Below are positions 61,302 to 64,000 of a DNA stretch of 64,000 nt, in pieces. The notes under the pieces were generated by a model. It ran no database searches and was not told the DNA's origin. It worked only from the letters and a program-made list of their open reading frames with translations. The position numbers and the translations under genes were made by a program. The DNA is from Eledone cirrhosa (lineage: Eukaryota). The stretch lies in contig OZ024740.1 of NCBI GenBank assembly GCA_964016885.1, positions 392,026,001-392,090,000 of the forward strand. The letters are read 5' to 3'. Within the stretch, counting starts at the first letter, position 1. Each line of letters starts with the position of its first letter.

Positions 61302-62519
61302 AAAGATGTAGTGGGATCACAGGTAAGCTAACTAAGAACACAGATTTTACATGTGGCCGGTGCTCTGGTGCAATAAGTAGCAGCAAGTGCCCACAAAATA
61401 CTAGCTCTTTCAACTGCGCAGAGGGTTCTATAGAAATAGTGGACAGCTTCCGTTACCTGGGTGACAAAATCAGCAGTGGGGGAGGGTGCTCCGAAAGTAC
61501 AGTAGCTAGAGTCAGAACTGGATGGAAAAAGTTCAGAGAGCTTATACCACTATTAGCCGCTAAAGGGTTCTCCCTAAAAGTGAAAGGCAGGTTGTATGAT
61601 GCCTGCATACGAACAGCAATGTTGCATGGCAGTGAGACCTGGGCATTGTGTGCAGAGGATATACACAGACTGGAGAGAAAGGAAGCTTGCATGCTCCGCT
61701 GGATGTGTAATAGTAATATACGTGAACGGCAAAGCATAAACGAACTAAGGAAAAAATTAGAAATAAGAGGGATCAGATGTTGTTTACTCGAGAGAAGGCT
61801 ACGTTGGTATGGTCACGTGATGCGCACGAAAGACGACAGCTGTATAACAAAGTGCAGGGCAATAAAGATAGATGGTAGCCACGGAGTAGGCAGACCCAGA
61901 AAAACCTGGGACGAGCTGATAAATTCCGACCTCACACACTTACACCTCTCCAAGACAATGTCACTGGACCGAGACCTTTGGCGGTACTCAGTAACAGAGA
62001 AGACCCGCGTTACCTAAATACAAAGTAAAACCTACTACAGTCAGTAGGCATCTCTAACAAAATACACCCCCGTCCCACCACCCCCACCCCATCCACACCG
62101 CCCCTTTCAATGTAAAGTTATGTTGGTGCCACAAAATCCAGGCCGAAACAAATGAGATCGTGTAGGTGTCACGAAAAAAAACACACAGTCCACGCTGTAA
62201 TGTGACCGTGTAGGCAACATGGTAAAAACGTCCCAGCCCCACACCGTAAATGTGGTTGGTGTTAGGAAGGGCATCCAGCTGTAGAAAACCTGCCAGACAG
62301 TCCACGCTGTAATGTGGCCGTGTAGGCAACACGGTAAAAACCTCCCAGCCCCACACTGTAAATGTGGTTGGTGTTAGGAAGGGCATCCAACTGTAGAAAA
62401 CCCGCCAGACAGTCCTATGCGAGCAAGACAACCACTCTTGCCTCAAGTGGGAAAACTCCCGTCCAAACCCATGCAAGCATGGAACACGGACGTTAAACGA
62501 TGATGATGATGATGATGAT
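61298..62519 (+). mobile_element. 5'-truncated RTE copy with a 112-bp duplication in the 3' UTR
   Basis: ORF 61439-62017 is near-identical to the C-terminus of the 54744 ORF. acagtccacgctg repeats at 62185 and 62297. Confidence 0.92.
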
Positions 62520-62535
62520 ACATATATACATATAT

Positions 62536-63860
62536 CATCATCATCATCATCATCATCGTTTAACGTCCATTTTCCACGCTAGCATGGGTCTGGACGGGAA
62601 TTGTCCCACTTGAGGCAAGATTGGTTGTCTTGCTCAGGACTGTCTGGCGGATTTTCTACGGCTGGATGCCCTTCCCAACACCAACCACGTTTACAGTGTG
62701 TACTGGGAGGTTTTTACCATGTTACCTACACGGCCACATTACAGCATGGACTGTGTTTTTTTGTCGTGACACCTACACAACCTCATTTGTTTCGGACTGG
62801 ATGTTGCGGTACCAACATAACTTCACAATTAAGGGGGTGGTGGGTAGTGAGACAGGGTGTATTTTGTTAGAGGTGCCTACTGACTGTAGGTTTTGCTTTG
62901 TACTTAGGCAAGGTGGGTCTTCTGTATAACTGTGTAGCGCCAAATCTCTCGGTCCAGTGACATTGTGTTGGAGAGGTGTAAGTGTGTGAGGTCGAAATTT
63001 ATCAAGTCGTCCCAGGTTTTTCTGGGTCTGCCTACTCCATGGCTACCGTCTATTTTTATCGCCCTGCACTTTTTTATACAGCTGTCGTCTTTCATGCACA
63101 TCACGTGACCGTACCAACGTAGTCTTCTCTCGAGTAAACAACATCTGATCCCTCGTATTCCTAATTTCTCCCTTAGTTCGTTTATGCTTTGCCATTCACG
63201 TATATTACTATTACACATCCAGCGGAGCATGCAAGCTTCCTTTCTCTCCAGTCTGTGTATATCCTCTGCACACAATGCCCAGGTCTCACTGCCATGTAAC
63301 ATTGCTGTTCGTATGCAGGCATCATACAGCCTGCTTTTCATTTTTAGAGAGAACCCTTTAGCAGCCAATAGTGGTATAAGCTCTCTGAACTTTTTCCATC
63401 CCGTTCTAACTCTAGCTACTGTACTTTCAGAGCACCCTCCCCCACTGCTGATTTTGTCACCCAGGTAACGGAAGCTGTCCACTATTTCTATAGAAACATC
63501 TGTGCAATGGAATGAGCTAGTATTTTGTGGGCACTTGCTGCTACTTATTGCACCAGAGCACCGGCCACATATAAAATCTATATTCTTAGTTAGCTTACCT
63601 GTGATCCCACTACATCTTTTATGCACCCATACTTTGCATTTGGGACATAAAATGGAGTTTCTGCCTACTCCTTTCCTACACACTGAGCATGGCCATTTCC
63701 CAGATGGGACCGGTGCCCTATTTTCCTTCCTACAAACTAGAACTTTAGTCTTAGACAAGTTAACTTTAAGGCCTTTTGATTCTAGGCCATGCTTCCATGT
63801 TTGGAATTTCTTCTCTAGTTCAGCTATGAGTATTAGATCATCTGCATATAGGAGTTCCCA
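62536..63860 (-). mobile_element. 5'-truncated RTE copy (from WELLYADD to the tail)
   Basis: ORF 62904-63860 includes an intact CSVC..CPKC..H..C..CGRC finger. Confidence 0.92.
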
Positions 63861-63883
63861 TATATATATATATATACATATAT

Positions 63884-64000
63884 ACATCATCATTTCATTT
63901 TACGTCCGCTTTTTCCCTGCTTGCAAGGGTGGGACGGGAACTGATTCTGGCTTGATTTCTACAGCTGGATGCCCTTCCTAACACCAACCTCATTTACAGT
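63884..64000 (-). mobile_element. RTE-tailed SINE 3' part, runs off the window
   Basis: Matches 60760-60870. Confidence 0.8.

Overview
AT-rich, non-genic animal DNA, most likely a cephalopod such as Octopus (inferred from the SINE/RTE families, not proven). About a third of it is (TA)n microsatellite, and all the 'IYIYIY' ORFs are translation artefacts of it. Between the TA tracts lie retroelement cassettes: fragments of Penelope-like elements (PLEs; RT + GIY-YIG) of at least three types, one intact 1091-aa RTE LINE with a PHD-like Zn finger plus truncated relatives, a second near-full-length RTE fused in frame to a PLE endonuclease, tRNA-derived SINEs and older LINE relics. Reading by eye, I found about 20 type-I hammerhead ribozyme (HHR) motifs. 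They sit in PLE 3' ends, in the arms of several long palindromes, and in a non-coding 595-bp tandem unit (retrozyme-like) present at two loci with the same termini but different inversion points. My working model (inference) is a (TA)n-targeted, ribozyme-bearing retroposition system that primes from both sides of a TA break and leaves fold-back and head-to-head cassettes. No host gene is confidently identified. Some palindromes could be assembly artefacts.
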